A stretch of 64,000 nt of DNA, from the NCBI GenBank assembly GCA_030324005.1, contig JARDVH010000163.1:105466814-105530813 (forward strand), in the 5' to 3' direction. Below the pieces are notes generated by a model. It made no database searches and was not told where the DNA came from. It saw only the letters and a list, made by a program, of their open reading frames with translations. Within the stretch, counting starts at the first letter, position 1. Each line of letters opens with the position of its first letter. The translations under genes and the position numbers were made by a program. Below, piece after piece: positions 63,419 to 64,000 of this stretch. The stretch is from Negaprion brevirostris. Its lineage: Eukaryota.

Positions 63419-64000
63419 CTAAACAAAACCAAAAGATCAATATGATAACAAAACTTAAAAGGTGCAAAACAAAATGCACTGATACAATAATGTCCAATAT
63501 GAGAAGTATATGTTTTACCAGGTTATACAGAAGATTAATTTTAAGATCTCATTTCAGCAAAGGAAAATGTGTTCAGAAGTGCCATTAGTAAAGGTCTTGC
63601 AACAAGTCACCAGCCCTCTCATTTGAGAAATAGTATGTATATACTCATAGTGCAGATTGAGTAAAAATTAACTGCACAGGAAGAAAACTGAAGAGTTTCC
63701 TAGCTGATTAGTGTACAAATCATGATCGAATTACATTAAATCTCCCAATTAAGAATCAGAATCTTGCCAGAATCACAAACTGCAGCACAAAAGGGGGCCA
63801 TTTAATCATGTAAGCTAGTTCTTTAGTTGGAAGAATTATTCTGGCATAATTTCCACATTCTTTCCCAGATCTTTTTTATACTTCCATTTTCAAATACTTG
63901 TCTTTTTCTTTTTTAAATGGTTAAACTCTCATGCTCAATAATTACTTCTCAAGAATGTATTCCATGTTCTAATAATCTGTGTGAAAACAGAATACTCTGA

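Noticed and set aside
1-64000. CRISPR arrays, operons or prokaryotic defence/retroelement systems
   Set aside because: No regularly spaced direct repeats and no long intronless ORFs; the window is intron-rich vertebrate DNA.

Overview
Eukaryotic (vertebrate) genomic DNA, almost certainly from an elasmobranch (shark or ray), judged from abundant HE1-type V-SINEs, SacSINE1-like DeuSINEs and CR1/L2/Rex1/RTE/Penelope relics. It is a draft assembly with many N gaps. The main feature is the 3' half of SLMAP (sarcolemmal membrane-associated protein) on the minus strand. I traced 12 coding exons from 63418 down to 15981 with consistent splice phases. These include two alternative C-terminal tail-anchor (transmembrane) exons, one GC-AG intron, a probable 63-nt cassette exon and one exon partly hidden in an N gap, followed by a ~1.7 kb 3' UTR. 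At the left end, a probable last exon of an unidentified convergent + strand gene (3135-3510) ends in a PDZ-type motif (ETRV). The rest is intronic or intergenic and rich in decayed transposons, including Harbinger-type Myb/SANT relics, MITEs and Penelope-derived short repeats carrying minimal hammerhead-ribozyme cores. I see no prokaryote-style novel system. The best leads are the orphan terminal exon, candidate internal SLMAP first exons, the splicing and poly(A) regulatory architecture, and the hammerhead-bearing elements. Repeat boundaries are approximate, and comparisons to human SLMAP are from memory, not from an alignment run.
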